Source of the DNA: Camelus dromedarius
Taxonomy: Eukaryota
Assembly: GCF_036321535.1 (NCBI RefSeq)
Contig: NC_087437.1
Coordinates: 82,772,001 to 82,836,000 of the forward strand
Direction: 5' to 3'
Length of the DNA: 64,000 bases
Part shown: piece by piece, positions 1 through 13,781 of the stretch
Position numbering within the stretch: the first letter of the stretch is position 1
Layout: each line of letters starts with the position of its first letter
Program-made: the position numbers and the translations under genes
Notes under the pieces: generated by a model
The model's database searches: none
What the model was told of the DNA's origin: nothing
What the model saw: the letters and a program-made list of their open reading frames with translations, nothing else

Positions 1-24
1 AAAAAGAATGAAGACTAAAAGACT

Positions 25-730
25 GAAGGATAAATTTGGCTGCAAATAGATTAAACCAGTTAGAAATGTATTTGTCTCCCATATGTTATTACTATATATA
101 AAATAGATAAACCTCAAGGACCTATTGTGTAGCCCAGCGAAATATATTCAATTTCTTTTAATAACATAATGGAAAAGAATCTGAAAAGAAAATATACATG
201 TATGTATATGTGTAACTGAATCACTTTGCTATACACTTGAAACTAACATTGTAAATCAACTACAGTTCAATAAAATTTTTTTAAAAAAGAAAGAAATGTA
301 TTTGTCTTCAACGTAACAGTCTGGAGGCAGGCAGTCCAGAGCTCATGGTGCAGATCCAGGTGTCAGGGACTCTGAACCTTTCTGTCTATTGCTGTGCTGT
401 GTGTGGCTTTCAAACTGTGGGAGTCATGGTCAAAAATGGTGGCCTACCCATAGCCACATCTACAGTCTGAGCAGCAGGTACAAAGGGGAAAAAAGACATG
501 CCCTCTGCTTAACGAAAATATTCCAGAAACTGCACATACCATCACTTTTAGGTCCCATTATTTTTATTTATACATAGCATTATTTTTAAATCCCATTACT
601 AGACTGTGGTTATATCACCACACCTAGCTGCAAGAGATGCTGGAGGAAGGAGAAATCTTTATTTTAAGCAGCCTTGTGTTCAGCTAAAGAGAAAAAAGAC
701 TTAGGGTAATGGCTATTGAAACTCTGCCAC
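25..730. mobile_element. Old MaLR (MLT1-like) LTR remnant interrupted by the L1 tail
   Basis: Motifs tttggctgcaa..., gtctggaggcaggcagtccagagct, aaaatggtggc..., cacctagctgcaagagatgctgg are typical of old MLT1 LTRs. Confidence 0.55.
78..291 (+). mobile_element. 5'-truncated L1 3' end with a 16-bp TSD
   Basis: Artiodactyl-type L1 tail (aactgaatcactttgctatacacttgaaactaacattgtaaatcaactacagttcaataaa plus A-rich tail). Perfect direct repeat agaaatgtatttgtct at 62-77 and 292-307. Confidence 0.88.
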
Positions 731-941
731 AAATGATAATATCCAGTACTTGCAAAACTGTGGGGAAATAGGCTTTTTAAAAAATATTGCTAGTAGAAGT
801 ATAAATTGGTGCCATGTTTCTATGAACAATTTGGAAATATGCATCAAACACCTTAAAACATGATCCCAACACTTTAAGGTAGTTATCCTAAAAATTTTTT
901 ATACAATATGTATTACTGTAATATTTACTAGAGTGATTTTT

Positions 942-1430
942 CTTGTTGTGGTGAAATAGACATAAAAGTTGTTATCTTAACCATTTTAAAGTGTAGAGTT
1001 CAGTAGTGTTAGATAATTTCACATTGCTGTGCAACCAGTCTCCAGGATGCTTTTCATTCTGCAAAAGTTAAACTAAATACCTGTTAAACAACAACACTCA
1101 TTCCCTCCTTCCTCTTTCCCCCTATTCTGCCTCCAGTCCCTGGCAGCCACCACTCTACTTTCTGTCTCTGTGAATGACTATTCTCAGTACCTCATATAAG
1201 TGGAATAACATAATATTTGTGCTTTCATGTCTGGTTTATTTCACTTAGCATAATGTCCTTACCGTTCATCCGTGATGTCACAGGATTTCCTTACTTTTTA
1301 AGACTGTATAATACTCCAGTGTGTATATATACCACATTTTGTTTATTCTTTTATCCATCATTGGGCACTTGGGTTGTATCCACATTTTGGCTGTTGTGAA
1401 TAATGTTGCTCTGAACATGGACGTATACCA
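942..1430 (-). mobile_element. L1MA/MB-type 3' end
   Basis: taaccattttaaagtgtagagttcagt...ctactttctgtctctgtgaat...cctcatataagtggaat...ttttggctgttgtgaataatgttgct. Near-repeat tttacta(g/c)agtgattttt at 924-941 and 1443-1460 may be its TSD. Confidence 0.8.
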
Positions 1431-1889
1431 TAGTGATTTTTTTTTACTACAGTGATTTTTAAGAGCACAGTTTTGCTCTTACTACAATAGATGGGAGTAT
1501 ACATTGCTCTAACAATAACTAAAGTTAAATATTATTTTCAATATTTGTATTAAATTAAATAAATTAAATATATTCATTCTCTCTAATGATCAGCCAAATA
1601 CTAGCTGTTTTGTTTAGGTCTGACCTTGCTAGCTGAGACATATCTGGTAAATCATATCTGGACTGCACCTTATCAGGAATGTGTAGAAGAATTTATGTGT
1701 CTTGTAAAGAATTGGATAAAATAAACCTCTCCTTATAAGCTCTACTTATGAAAAGTGGTTCTCATAGAAAGCTGAAGCTGATCTGAGCATAGAAGTCATA
1801 TAGTACTAGAGCTGATAGTGATTTTAAAAAGAAACCAGGACTTTTTACTCAAACATAAATATACTAATTTGAAGATATGAAATGAATTT

Positions 1890-4800
1890 AATATCTAGGT
1901 GATTTCTAATTTGGTGCTATTATGAATAAAACTGCTATATGTACATTGATGTACAGGCTTTCAGTGTGAATGTAAGTTTTTATTTTGCAGTGTTTCTGTG
2001 TGAACATTAAGTTCTCATTTCTCAAATTCCTAGGAGTGAGATTCCTAAATCATATGGGAAGCACATAGTTAACTTGATAAGAAATTGCAAAGCTGTCTTC
2101 CATACTGGCTATACATTTTGCATTCCCACCAACATGCATGAAAATTCTAGGTGTTCTGCAGCTTTGCCAGTGCTTGAGATTGTCAGTTGTTTGGGGGTTT
2201 TATTTTTTTAATTTTAGTCTCTTTAATAAGTTCTCTTTAATGCCTCATTGTGGATTTAATTTGGATTACCCTCATGGCTAATAAAGTTGAGCATTTTTAA
2301 CGTGCTTAGTTGCCATCTACATGTCTTCTTTGTTAAAACGTCTTTTTGAAATCTTTGGCTCTTTTATTAGTTGGGTTGTTAGTTTTCTGATTGTCAAGTT
2401 TTGAGAGTTCTTCTCACAAATCAAAGTGTTTAATTTTGTGAGCTCGATTTATTAATATTTTTCTTTTAGGGATCATGCTTTTGGTGTTATATCTAAGAAT
2501 TCTTGGCCTAACCTAGGGTCATGGAGATTTTCTCTTATGTGGTCTTCTGAAAGTTTTATAGTTTTGGTTTTTTTTTTATTTAGATATATGATCCTTTTTG
2601 AGGTAATTTTTATATAAGGTATGAGATTTAAGCCAAAGTTCACTTCTTTGCCTAAGACTACCCAATTGTTCCAAACAACTGTTGAAAGATTATGCTCACT
2701 CCATGTCATTGTGGAGCTGGCTGGCACTCTCTAGAGTCATAAAACCCCCGCCCCTGGGCTCTGTGTGTGCCTGGAGCCATTGACACCTTAACCCCCACTC
2801 CTCAACGCAAGACCCTTCGCATACCTGCATTTCTGCAAGATGTAAAACATCTTCTCTTGATGTGTGTTTAGCCTAACAAAAACTCACCGCCCCAGGAGAT
2901 GGCCCATCTCACAGTACCCTGGGCGGACACATCCTGCCCTTGTCAAAGTCGTAAAACCTATGGTTGAGAGAAGTCCCTGACAGATCTTACAACCAGACAG
3001 GTACCTCTGCATAAATTGATCAAGCAGCCCCAACTCCTTGTGTGCACAGCCCCCTCCCCCCCAATAAAAAGACCCTACATGACCACCCCTGGCGCTCACA
3101 CTCACACAGGCACCTCTTGCCTGTGTGGCCCGCTGTTGTCTGTAGCAGCATACCTATTAAACTTTCCTAAGTTCTTCTCAGTCTCCAGTAATTCTTATAC
3201 GAGCCCGTGTTACCGGCCCACTGCGTTGTGCTCACAACGGTAGTTTGCATCTTTATTAAGGTCAATCAGTCATATTTGTGTGGGTCATTTCCTGGGCTCT
3301 TTGTTCCATCCCATTGATCTGTGTGTCTCTTTGTTGATACCATACTATGTTAGTTTCTTTAACTTTACAGTAAGTCCTAAAATGAGATAGTGTGACTCTT
3401 CCAGTTTATTCTTCTTTTTGAAGTTGTTTGGGATTTTCTAGTTCCCTTGCCTTGCCATATAAATGTTAAAGTCAGCTTTTCAAGATCTACAAAAAACTGA
3501 CTAAAATTTTTATTGGAATTGTGCTAAATCTATAGGTCAATTTAAGGAGAACAAACATCTTAAACATACTGAGCCTTCCAATCTACACACACAGTATGTC
3601 TCTTCATTTGTTTATTGAAAATTTTTTATCGTAATTTTGTAGTTTTCAGTATGTAGTTCCTGTACAATTTGTTACATTTGTGCCTAACTAGTTCTTTTTT
3701 AATAGACCTGTTCTATATGGTATTGTTTTCCAATTGTTCATTACTGGTATATAGAAATACAATTAATATTTATATGTTGTCTTTGTAACCTATTACCTTG
3801 ACAAATTCTCTTATTTATCCTAGGAGCTTTTTTGTACTTTCTTTGAGATTTTCTACGTTGATAATCATGTCATCTACAAATAAGGTGATTTTTATTTCAT
3901 TTCCAATCTATGTGCTTTTTATTTCTTTTACTTATGACTGGAACTTTTAGTACAATGTTGAATAGAAGAGCTGAAAGTAAATTTTCTTACCTTGTTTTTG
4001 AAAGCATTCAGTCTTTTGCCATTAAGTATTAAGTCAGCTGTGGCATTTTCACAGATGCCTTTTATCAGTTTATAGAAGTTTTCTTCTATTCTGAGTTTGC
4101 TGAGTTTTTATAATAAATGAATATTGAATTTATCAAATGCTTTTTCTGCAGCAACTGATAGAATCATGTAATTTTTCTTCTTTAGTCTGTTAATGTAATA
4201 GATTTACATTAATTTTCAAAAATCGAGCTAAAATTGCATTCTTATAATTAATCCCACTTGGTGGTTGTGTATTACTCTCTTTTGCACATTACTGGATTCA
4301 ATTTCCTAATATTTTATTGCGTATTTTTGTGTATATGTTCATGAGTGATATTATAAGTAGTTTATTTGTTTGTTTTTGTTTTGTCGTTGTTGTTATTGTT
4401 AATCTTGTCATGTCTCTGCCAGGTTTTACTATCAAGTTAGTGCTGACTCCATAAAATGAACTGGAAAATGTTTCCTCTTTATTTTCTGAAAAAGATTGTG
4501 TAGAACGGACAATTGTTCTTCTTTAAATGTTTGGAAGAATTCATCAATGAAACCGTCTGGGCCTGGGGATGGAGGAGGGTAGTCTAAATTATGAATTCAA
4601 TACCTTTAATGGTTATAAGACTATTCAAATGATCTATTTCATATTGCATGAGTTGTGGTAGTTTGTGGTTTTTGACAAATTGGTCCATTTCAATTGAGTC
4701 GTCAAATTTATGTGTGTGGAATTGTTTGCAGTATTTCCTTGTTATCCTCTTGATGTCTGCAGGATCTATAGTGATATTTCCTGAGTCATTCCTGATATAG

Positions 4801-5160
4801 GTAACTTGTGTCTTTTTTCTTTATGTTGTTAATATTATTAGAGGTTTATTATTAATCTTTTCAAAGTACCAGTGCTTGGTTTCATTGATTTTCTCTATTT
4901 TTTTTTTTTCTGTGTTCAAGTTCACTGATTTATGTCGTTATCATTATAATTTCCTTCCTGTGCTTGCTTTGGGGTTATCTTATATTTCTTTATCTAGTTT
5001 CTTAAGATCATTGATATGAGACTTTTCTTCTTTTCTAAAGTATCTGTGCTACAGATTTCCTTTCAGCACTGGTTTAACTGGGTTCCACAAATTTACATAT
5101 GCTATATTCTAATTTTCATGGAGCTCAATGTATTTTTTAAATTTCTTTTGAGATTTCACA
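1890..5160 (-). mobile_element. Degenerate ancient L1 (ORF2 region), interrupted by an LTR
   Basis: Continuous antisense L1 motifs (ttttgcattcccaccaac, catgcttttggtgttatatctaagaa, tttatcaaatgctttttctgca, gaattcatcaatgaaaccgtctgggcctgg). ORF 2473-2727 (-) gives L1 ORF2-like peptide (PYIKITSKRI...LHDPRLGQEFLDITPKA). Confidence 0.85.
2710..3239 (+). mobile_element. Solo ERV LTR (~530 bp)
   Basis: GC/CpG-richer block that starts TGT and ends ...ACAACG (decayed CA), with TATA-like ATAAAA near 3064 and ATTAAA near 3156. L1 sequence resumes on both sides; TSD is degenerate (gtcat/gtagt). Confidence 0.72.
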
Positions 5161-6779
5161 GCATGCCAAATGCTAGGTTGCCAGGGCTGCTTGGTGCACA
5201 CTTACAATGATTTAGACAAGAAATAAAACTATGTAAAACATACTGGCAATTATTTTTTCATACTAGTTTTCCTTAAAACTTGTCTATTTTCTCTAATTAT
5301 TTGATACAAATTATCAAAATTAAAATGGGCATTATAGAACTCATAAGATGTTGACCCTATTAAATTTCACTGTTTGACCTTAGTCAACCTACAAAAACAT
5401 TAGTTTAATAGGGTTCAACCTAATAATTCTTATAATGTGATATATATAGTTCTCCTTTAGTCACTGCCTTTCAATATTCCATTTTAGGACTTAGGATAAC
5501 AAAGAAAGAAAAAAAATGTGTGATGCAGATCAGAGTCAGCAATATGACTCAGAACCAGATGAGGTTGTAGGTCCCCTAAGTCTCCCAGATAAGAGAGTAA
5601 ATTCTTGAGAGCTGATTAAAGAGAAAGATAAAGCCTTGACTGGCTAACTCGAGTTTTCTAGAGTGTCCAGGAGGTCAGGATAGCAGAAAGAGAAGACAGT
5701 GCCAAAGATGAGGTCTCAGGTAGAGGCTACTTGCTTCATTTTCAGTTACAGGTAATGAAATCTAGAGTATTTTTGTTTGTTTTTTGAAGAAAAAAAGCAG
5801 ATAATGAGGAAAGTCCAGAAAAAAAGGCTTTCACAGTCAGTGAGTGAGAATGTAGGTAAAATAGAGAGCAAAAGAGAGGGGACACTGCTCTGCGGCTGTG
5901 CCACAGCCATTGTGGATTCCATTTCAGAGAAGAGAAATCGTGAGTGACAGATAATCACTTCATTTACTTCTTAGGTCTCTGTAGATAGTTCTTGATGTAA
6001 GAGTATCTTGAAGGAGCTCCTTAGCGATTTTTCCCCTTAATGGATTGACATCTTCATAGGACGCATTGTGAAAATTGGTTTTGCTTTGTCTCCTAAATGC
6101 ATAACCTTTTGGTTTGCTTTTTAATAATTGTTGGCAGTAGCTTGCGTGACAGCACTGAACACAAATACCACTGATGATGATGAATGGATGGAGGAATGTG
6201 GGCTGCATTGTACTGAAAGGTTAACACATCATGTCTGTGTAATGGCTTCATCTCCCTTAGGACAGACAAAGTTCAAAGAAATGTGAACATAGATGCCTCA
6301 CCAGACATGTTCTTTGGGGTTACCCAGAATTCATTCCTCTAATTACATTGACCTTTTCTCCCTTCCTCACTCGTCATATGTGCACTCGCTGTACAGGGCA
6401 TCTTGACAGGGTGTTCAGCCACTTAACTATCACACTTTCATTTACTGAAGCATTTTCCCGAAGACAAAGCACTTAAAAACACTGAAGTGGCAGGAAAACA
6501 TCCATTTGAAATTGGGCTCTCAACATTTTTGCAAAATACATGATAAAGAGTTTCAGAGTTTCATTATTCAGAATTCAGTATTATTCTTTCAAATTTAATG
6601 GTAATACTGCTCATCATTATATGCTAATATGAGTTTTGAAAAGCTAATCTAATTTGATGTTTTCCAGTTAACAATTGGGTGGGAAACTGTTTTTTGGCTA
6701 AAAACTACCTTTGAAAAGCCAGATTCCTAAAACAGCTTTGTTGGAACGGTATTCCAATTAATATTATTTTCCAATAATG

Positions 6780-7760
6780 AGATGTTCAACAAATGGTCAT
6801 CCAGACACATTTTGAAACTTCTGTTGCCTGGGAGGTCACTGCTTAATGAGGCAGCTCTGACTCTTGTGGAAGAATTTGAGCACTTAGATGAGTCCTTTTG
6901 ATCTTGAGCTATTAACCATACCACAAACCATACCTCTTCCTTGTGAATATTCTTGGAATATCTGAAAACTGCTACTATATGCCCTCTTTGACAAGCTTCT
7001 GTCTCATTTCATATGGAGTGGTCACTGGACTGAACATCATTTGGGCTAACGTCCTAGACATCTTAAGTCTGATAGTGTTGTTCGTAAACTCTGACACGAG
7101 ATAGATGAAATATCAGCATAATCTATAGGCCAGGGTAGTTTGTATACAGTGTGGAACATTTACCTCCTCTTTACTGGATTATATTTTTCCTTGCCACAAG
7201 TCTGTGGTTGTGTTACCTTTTTTAGAAGCAGCTTATTTCCATTCAAATCCAGATTATGACCAACTAAAAACTCTTGTTCCTTTTTACATAAACTCATAAA
7301 ATCAGCCCTTTCCCTACCTATTGTATTCTTCCCTTTGTTTTAGCATATCTAAAAAATCCATTCTACTGGCTGAACTATTACACCATGCTGAGGGCATTGA
7401 AATAGAATGGTTAAGAGCTTGTACTTTAGAGCCAGTCTACTTGGATTCATACCTTAACTCTATCCTTTCCTTCTGAGTGGCCTTGGACAAGTGACTTGAA
7501 GATTCCCATCTATGAAATAAGAATTAAATGAGCTAATATATATGTGAAGCACATAGAAGAATGGATATAGTAAGCACTAGACATGGGTTTGCAGCTACTA
7601 TTTTATGCTCAGCTGTTTCTCCTAGCATCGTGTCATTTATTGACTAGAACACCATGATTTCTATTCATTGATCCAAGTCATTGATAAATATGCAAAAAGG
7701 AAAGCAGCAAGGACAGACCCAGAGAATCCCCCTCAGAGTTCTCTTTATGCTTGAGTTCTG
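6780..7760 (-). mobile_element. L3/CR1-like remnant with a nested MIR (~7395-7600)
   Basis: tccaagtcattgataaatatg...aggacagaccc and gaccaactaaaaac resemble CR1/L3; tagaatggttaagagctt...ccttggacaagtgactt is MIR core. Confidence 0.5.
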
Positions 7761-9062
7761 AGAGTAGAGTAGCCATTTGCCTAGCTTTCTGTCTGAGATG
7801 TTAGAAGAAGCAGCTTCACAAAGTCATGAAGAAGACTAGAGAGACAGCAGCACAGCAGACCTAGCCATGAGGGAGCCATAAATCACCTTTCTCATCTTCC
7901 CAAGTCTTCTGTGACCTAAAGTGATAGAGTAGTTGAAAGTTTCCATTAGGTTTGAGTGCAGTGTGGGGTTTAGCTGAGAGTGCCCCAAAGAGAGAGCAAG
8001 ATGATGCGCCTACTCAGGGTTCTGCAGTGTGGACAAGGGGTGTGTATCAAAATAGCCCACCACTCAAGCTAGGGTTTAGCTATGTCTTTGTAGACTGCAA
8101 AGGCAGGGGCAGAGCACAAGCTGGGCTGGTGCCTACAGACCATCCAATTGCCAATGCAGTGGCAGCACCAAATCAGAAGAGTCATCTCTGGAACAAAAGG
8201 CTAGTAAAGGGGACTGTAGTTCATAACTGATGCTCTCAGAAAACCCACCAATCTCAAATTTCCAATTGTTTCATTTTCTTTGCATCTCAAAAGGTCTTAA
8301 TTTGATCTAGTAATCTGAAATATTTGGCGTGTGATTTTTAACCAGAAAACACAGTGGTTTTCTGATCTCTTTTTAGCCCTTACACTCTGAAACTCTCCTT
8401 TAGTTTCCCTAGTCTTGCTCATGGAGACCAGTCTTCTCCACATTCCAGGCAGGGGAGTGGATTCACAGAAACAAGCTTTCAACAATGCTGTGATTATGAA
8501 GAGAGACAGAGCTCTCCTTTCAAAGCCACTTGCTTAAAGTAGCCCGTATCACATGGCAGTTCTGTGATGCTGATAACAAAATCAAATACCTTCCTCTCCT
8601 TGAGTCAGAAAAATTATCTTGCTATCTATCATGTGTATAAATAGCAGCTACAGAACTGAATGTGACACACACTTATGCAGGGATGAAACAACACTGAAGC
8701 TGGGGTTTCTCCATAGTCCTGAGACTAGATTGACAGAAGGACAAAGTAAGAGAAAAGGAGACTTTGTAGGTAGACAGGGGAAGGACTGGGGTAATATCAA
8801 AAGTCTTCAACACTTGGTATGGCACGGGCCCCTTTCAGAGCAGATGCAAACCTTGGGTCTGGTGCAGGGCTCTAGAGACCTCCAGCTGTGCCAAGGCCAT
8901 CCTGTTTAGATGCTGGAGAGTAGGGAGGTCTGGGGAGTCCTGGGGGAAGTGTCACGGTGGTGAGGGGCACTGGCTACTTATTTACTGAATAGAAATATTC
9001 CAGACTTAGCTTCTACCCTTACAGGTATGAACCTGCTGCATATCACCTTGGAGAGAGAGAAG

Positions 9063-9145
9063 GCAGGTGATCAGACACCCCAGGGTGTCTGGGACAGTCC
9101 AGTTTATACTCTTATTCCAGTCTCATTATCAACAGCTCCTTCTTA
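9063..9145. mobile_element. MER81-like hAT MITE fragment
   Basis: ggtgatcagacaccccagggtgtctgggacagtccagtttatactcttattccagt resembles the recalled MER81 consensus. Confidence 0.4.
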
Positions 9146-12100
9146 GAGAATCATGTTTGGTCTTTGTGTCTTTGTATTAGGATGACCATATGATATATTT
9201 CAAAGTGTCCCTGATTCAATAGTATATGATATAGTCCCCTAATAAAAGAACACAGAGTCAAAATATGGTTCTCTTTGAAGCAAAAAGTCTCAGGCAGGGG
9301 AAGACCTTGGCATCCAGAAGGAGAAAAAAAATGGTAACACAAAGAAAATATCTCCACTAATTGCCCAACAAAGACAGTGGGTATATAAATGCCAGTTTGC
9401 AGGGTAATCTAGGGACTCAAGGACACAGCCAAATACAGTACAGGATAACAGAGCTGCCAACAGATCCCACTGCCAAGGTTCCAGGAAAAGTAAGAGCTGG
9501 AGGAAAGGCAAAATACGTAGGGAAACTTGGCAAGGAGACACCTTCAGCTACAATAAGCAGAACAAAAGACAGCTCAAAGAATGGCCGGGGCTGCTCTGCA
9601 TGGCCTCGGAGGTTGTACACCACCCAGCATCAAGGCTGCCATTCCACAGACGAGGATGTGAATGCCACTCTCTAGAGATGAACAGTGCTTGGTCTATCTG
9701 TGGCAGCCTCAAAGAGTAGCATTATTCCAGCTTCTCTGTGCCCGTAGAGAATATAAGTTTTGATATACATACTTTTAATTAATTACATGTCTTTCTGAAA
9801 CCCACACAGTCTGTTCAGCTATTTCAATGGTTTTGTTCAGGTCATGGTATTAATTACTTGGCTAACTTGAAGAAAGGAAATCTCTCCACCCCACCCTCAA
9901 GGAACAAAATGTACCATAGACTTCATTTAAAAGACAAGAGGAATAAAGTGGTGAACAAAGATTCATTAGGGATTCGCACACACTGTGGAACACTTCATAA
10001 AATGCACACTTATTGGTTCAAAGGCCCTATCACTTCCTTTGTATAATATCTTCTGCTGACAATGAGTGCAGTTAAAGACCATTACACATTATATAGCGGG
10101 CAAGGATAGCCAAGGAGATTGCATTTATTATAATCCTGCTATCATTAAAAAAGTCATATTTCATAGCATCATGGAAAATAAATATCATACTAGTATATTC
10201 CAGGCTCTCTCGAAGACAGTGAGTACAAATGAGGAATGCATTTACATTAATACCCTCAAATTACAACGTCTTCAAGTCCCTACTTTCCTTGCTAGAACTA
10301 AATGGAAAAATAAAATTTTTCCCTGACGAAAGGATCAGGGGTGGCTGAAGTTAAAATGTAAATGAGGGATCTCAGTGATCTAAAATGACATGTTGACAGT
10401 TGTCAGGAGCTGGAAAGAAACAGGATAGTCTATATGGTAGCTAGTAACTCATAAGATCGTACCTGGCATATTCCCACTGTCATACCACTCTCCTCTCCAT
10501 GGTGTCCTGACCTTTCAACTACTGAAGTCCTATCCGTCTTCAAAGCCTCCTCTGTGAAGCTTTCCAGATTCTTCCAACAAAATTCAGTGTCTCCATCCAT
10601 TACCTTTATATCTATTTCATTGTGTACACTGAACTCCGCTTTGTATCAAGGATATTTGAGTGCTTGCTTGATTGATTGATTCATTCATCTCTTGAGCTTA
10701 GTAGAGAACCATTCTTTATTCATACTTATATCTTACTATAGTATTGAGGAGATGAGGTTAAACATATTAGAAATTACTTAATATTTATTGAGTCAGATTA
10801 GTAAATAGGGAATAGCAGCCTCACTGTAATTCTATACTCATCATCCATGAAAGGGACTGTTAGCCAATTTATAACAAAGTCTTTTCAGTACAAAGTCCTC
10901 TTAGAATATGTTCACTGTGGACCTGCTTTATGTTCTGTTTCAGCAGGATTGAGGTGTTTCTCCCTTTCCCCCCATACATACACATCAGTTAGGATTGCAT
11001 TTGGCTGCAAATAACAGAAACTTGAATATGTAGACTTTACTAAATAGGAGATTAATTTTTATTTTTATCCTCTAACATGGGCTTTAGGACAGAAGCAAGT
11101 GGCAAAACCTGGCAATAAAGGGTGATACCTAGATAGAATCTAAAGAAGAAAATTTTTCTGAGTTGAAAGAGTCACAGTTCTTTCATTGATACGTTATTAA
11201 TTCATCGAACTTTTACTAAACACCTACAATGGTGCTGTCTACTGGCAAGAGACACTAAAATTAATGTAAAATAGTCCATGATCTTGAGCAGCAAGTAATT
11301 CAGTAGCTTAGAATGTAAGCATGTAGGTAGGATGACATTCACAGTTAAGAAAAGCCTGGATCTTAAGATTCCCCGGGATCTTAAAGGAGTGATCTGTGGA
11401 TCACTTCATAGTAAGATTTAAGAAAAAAAAAAAAAAAAAAAGATCCCAGAAGGGATTCTCTAAAGCCTTAAATCTATGCTAAGAGAATCCAACAGTGTGA
11501 AGTAGTATTTGTCATTTTCAGTAACGCTTCATAGCTTGTACCATTCCATTCATCCACACTGTGGAGAAGTTGAGTGGACTTCAGGCAGTTGGATGTAGCA
11601 AACCAGCTGAAAGGAAGCACGGAGGAGGGAGGCAGGGAGGTGGGGAAAGAGGAGACATAAGCATGACTTTTGACAGAGAAATTCCCTTTTAGTGTTACGG
11701 TATGAGGGGTTATTCTAAGATCTACCAGTGGTTGGAAAGAAATGCCATCAGGACCATTTATTTTGTCACAAAATTCTCATATGTCTCATTAGAAAATTTC
11801 ACAGTTTTATGTTGTCAGACTGGCTCAGTGGAAAATAGCCTGCCACTTAGCCTGGCACCAAGTCAGTACACGCTTTCAACCACCTAGTAAGTAGTTGTTA
11901 AAATGCAAACAGGGCATTGGGACTCCAGGGATATGGGATGAAAGTATCCACTGACCAAGCCTGGCTCACTGAGACCCAGAGCAGGCCCAAGACAAAATTT
12001 AAGCAGCATAGTACTGGCATGGGAGAATGTTCCAGAATCTCAGTAGGTTTCAGAACATTCATTTTTTTAGATACGTATGGTGGCTTGGTCTTTGGAATTG

Positions 12101-13601
12101 TGAAAGCAGGATGCTGAAAAGGCACTAGAGTCCTGTAGTTCATTTATTCGCTCCTCATCCCCCATTTTCAGCTTTAATTCTTCAATTCCAGCCCTTCTGC
12201 CTCATAGTCCTTCAATTTACAAAACTCTAGCCCTTGTCCTTCTTTGTATGTACTTTCCAAATTCTTCTAATGTCATTTTAATATCATTTTGGGGAGGGAA
12301 TAAATGTGTATGCTCAATCCATCATTTTTAACTGGAAATTAATCTCTCAGATTCTTCATTCCTTTGTGGGACTCCTTTCGGCAAAGATGAGGAATGCCAG
12401 TATTCCCAGAACACTAAATTCAACCCTATACAACTTCAAGACCTGTGCTTGTACACCTTTCAAAATATGCAAGATGAATTTGTTTTTTGAACTTTTAGAA
12501 AATACAAGAGATAAAAATGGACCTTTACTAGCACAGTTTTCAAAAAAGCCATTTGTATCAAATGACGATTTTGTAACAAAAAAAATGAAAATTCACTTTT
12601 GTTAGGTACTTGTTGCCAGTTGTTGGTAGCAGGCTTTGGGGAAAATCTAGGTCACTGAGTGATATAAGCAAAATTCCAAGGATAATATGGAGGCAGGGTG
12701 GTCAAGTGGAAAAAACATAATCGCTCACATTAGACAGGCCTGGAGTCTCAACCCAGCTGAGTCCTAGCCTAATCACTGAACCAGCGTGTCTGTGTATGAG
12801 TAATTATACTTCGCCGAGATGCCACAAGACAGCAGTGATATCACATGTGTAAAATGCCTAGCGGAGGTAGATGCTCACTAAACGTGAATCCCCTTCTCTT
12901 CCTCTTCTGCCTGGGGTCCCTGGGCACGGGAAGTGGCCCAGTATTAGAGAACATGATTCTCAACTTGCTGTAGGAGAGTACCGCATCCTGGTCACAAACA
13001 GCCTTCTGAGGAATCCTGGTGACAGGAAATTGTATGCAACTAATTCCTACCATGAGAAAGTTGTACCCACTGTGACAGGCGAGCTGCTTGCTCAAGACAG
13101 AGGGGCCCATGAAGTGAGCACCACATCTGACCTGTTGCCCAGATTTAGATACTGTCTGCAGCCTGGCTTGCTGCCCATTGCTCCTGGCAGCTGTGAATCA
13201 ACATTGTGACAGAGAGGGCACTGGGTCACCTACGTTCCCTTAACAGATCAAAGTGTTTCTTTTAGACTCTTAGAGCAAAGGACAAGAATATGGAAGATAT
13301 ATGGCTTAGAATGGACACAAGCTTGGCAGAAACAGACATATAAGGATTTTTAAATGTAAATCTGAAGAAGCCAAAGACCCTAATGAACTCAACACAGCCT
13401 CACTATCAGAATTAAATCTTCTAACCCAATGGTTCTCAAGATTTTTCCCACCGTTACTCAAAGGAGGCCACAGAATTCCATAAGGGAGCTCTCAGAATTT
13501 GTGAAGCCCCATCAGGTGATTCTCTAGGTACTTTCCAGCTCAGTAGGGAAGCACATGTATTCCGCAGTCCAGATAATTATATCATAATTTTTATGCAGCT
13601 T

Positions 13602-13781
13602 TTTAAAAAAAATTTTTAAGTGGTATTCATTTTATTTATTTTTTGTTGTTGTTTGAGGTGGGGGAGATAATTAGATTTGTTTGTTTGTTTATTTATTTAT
13701 TTTTAATAGAGGTCCTAGGGACTGAACCCAGGACCTCATGCATGCTAAGCATGCACTCTACCACTGAGCTATACCCTCCCC
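13602..13781 (-). mobile_element. Camelid tRNA-derived SINE (Vic-1-like)
   Basis: Minus strand reads GGGGAGGGTATAGCTCAGTGGTAGAGTGCATGCTTAGCATGCATGAGGTCCTGGGTTCAGTCCC (Pol III A and B boxes), then a (TAAA/CAAA)n tail. TSD tatgcagctt at 13592-13601 and 13783-13792. Confidence 0.88.

Noticed and set aside
11355..11460. Repeated ggatcttaa, near-palindromes and a poly(A) run
   Set aside because: Short and imperfect; no element body or convincing TSD linked to the A-run.
13700..13781. tRNA-Ala-like sequence
   Set aside because: It is the head of a SINE with a tail and TSD, not a tRNA gene.
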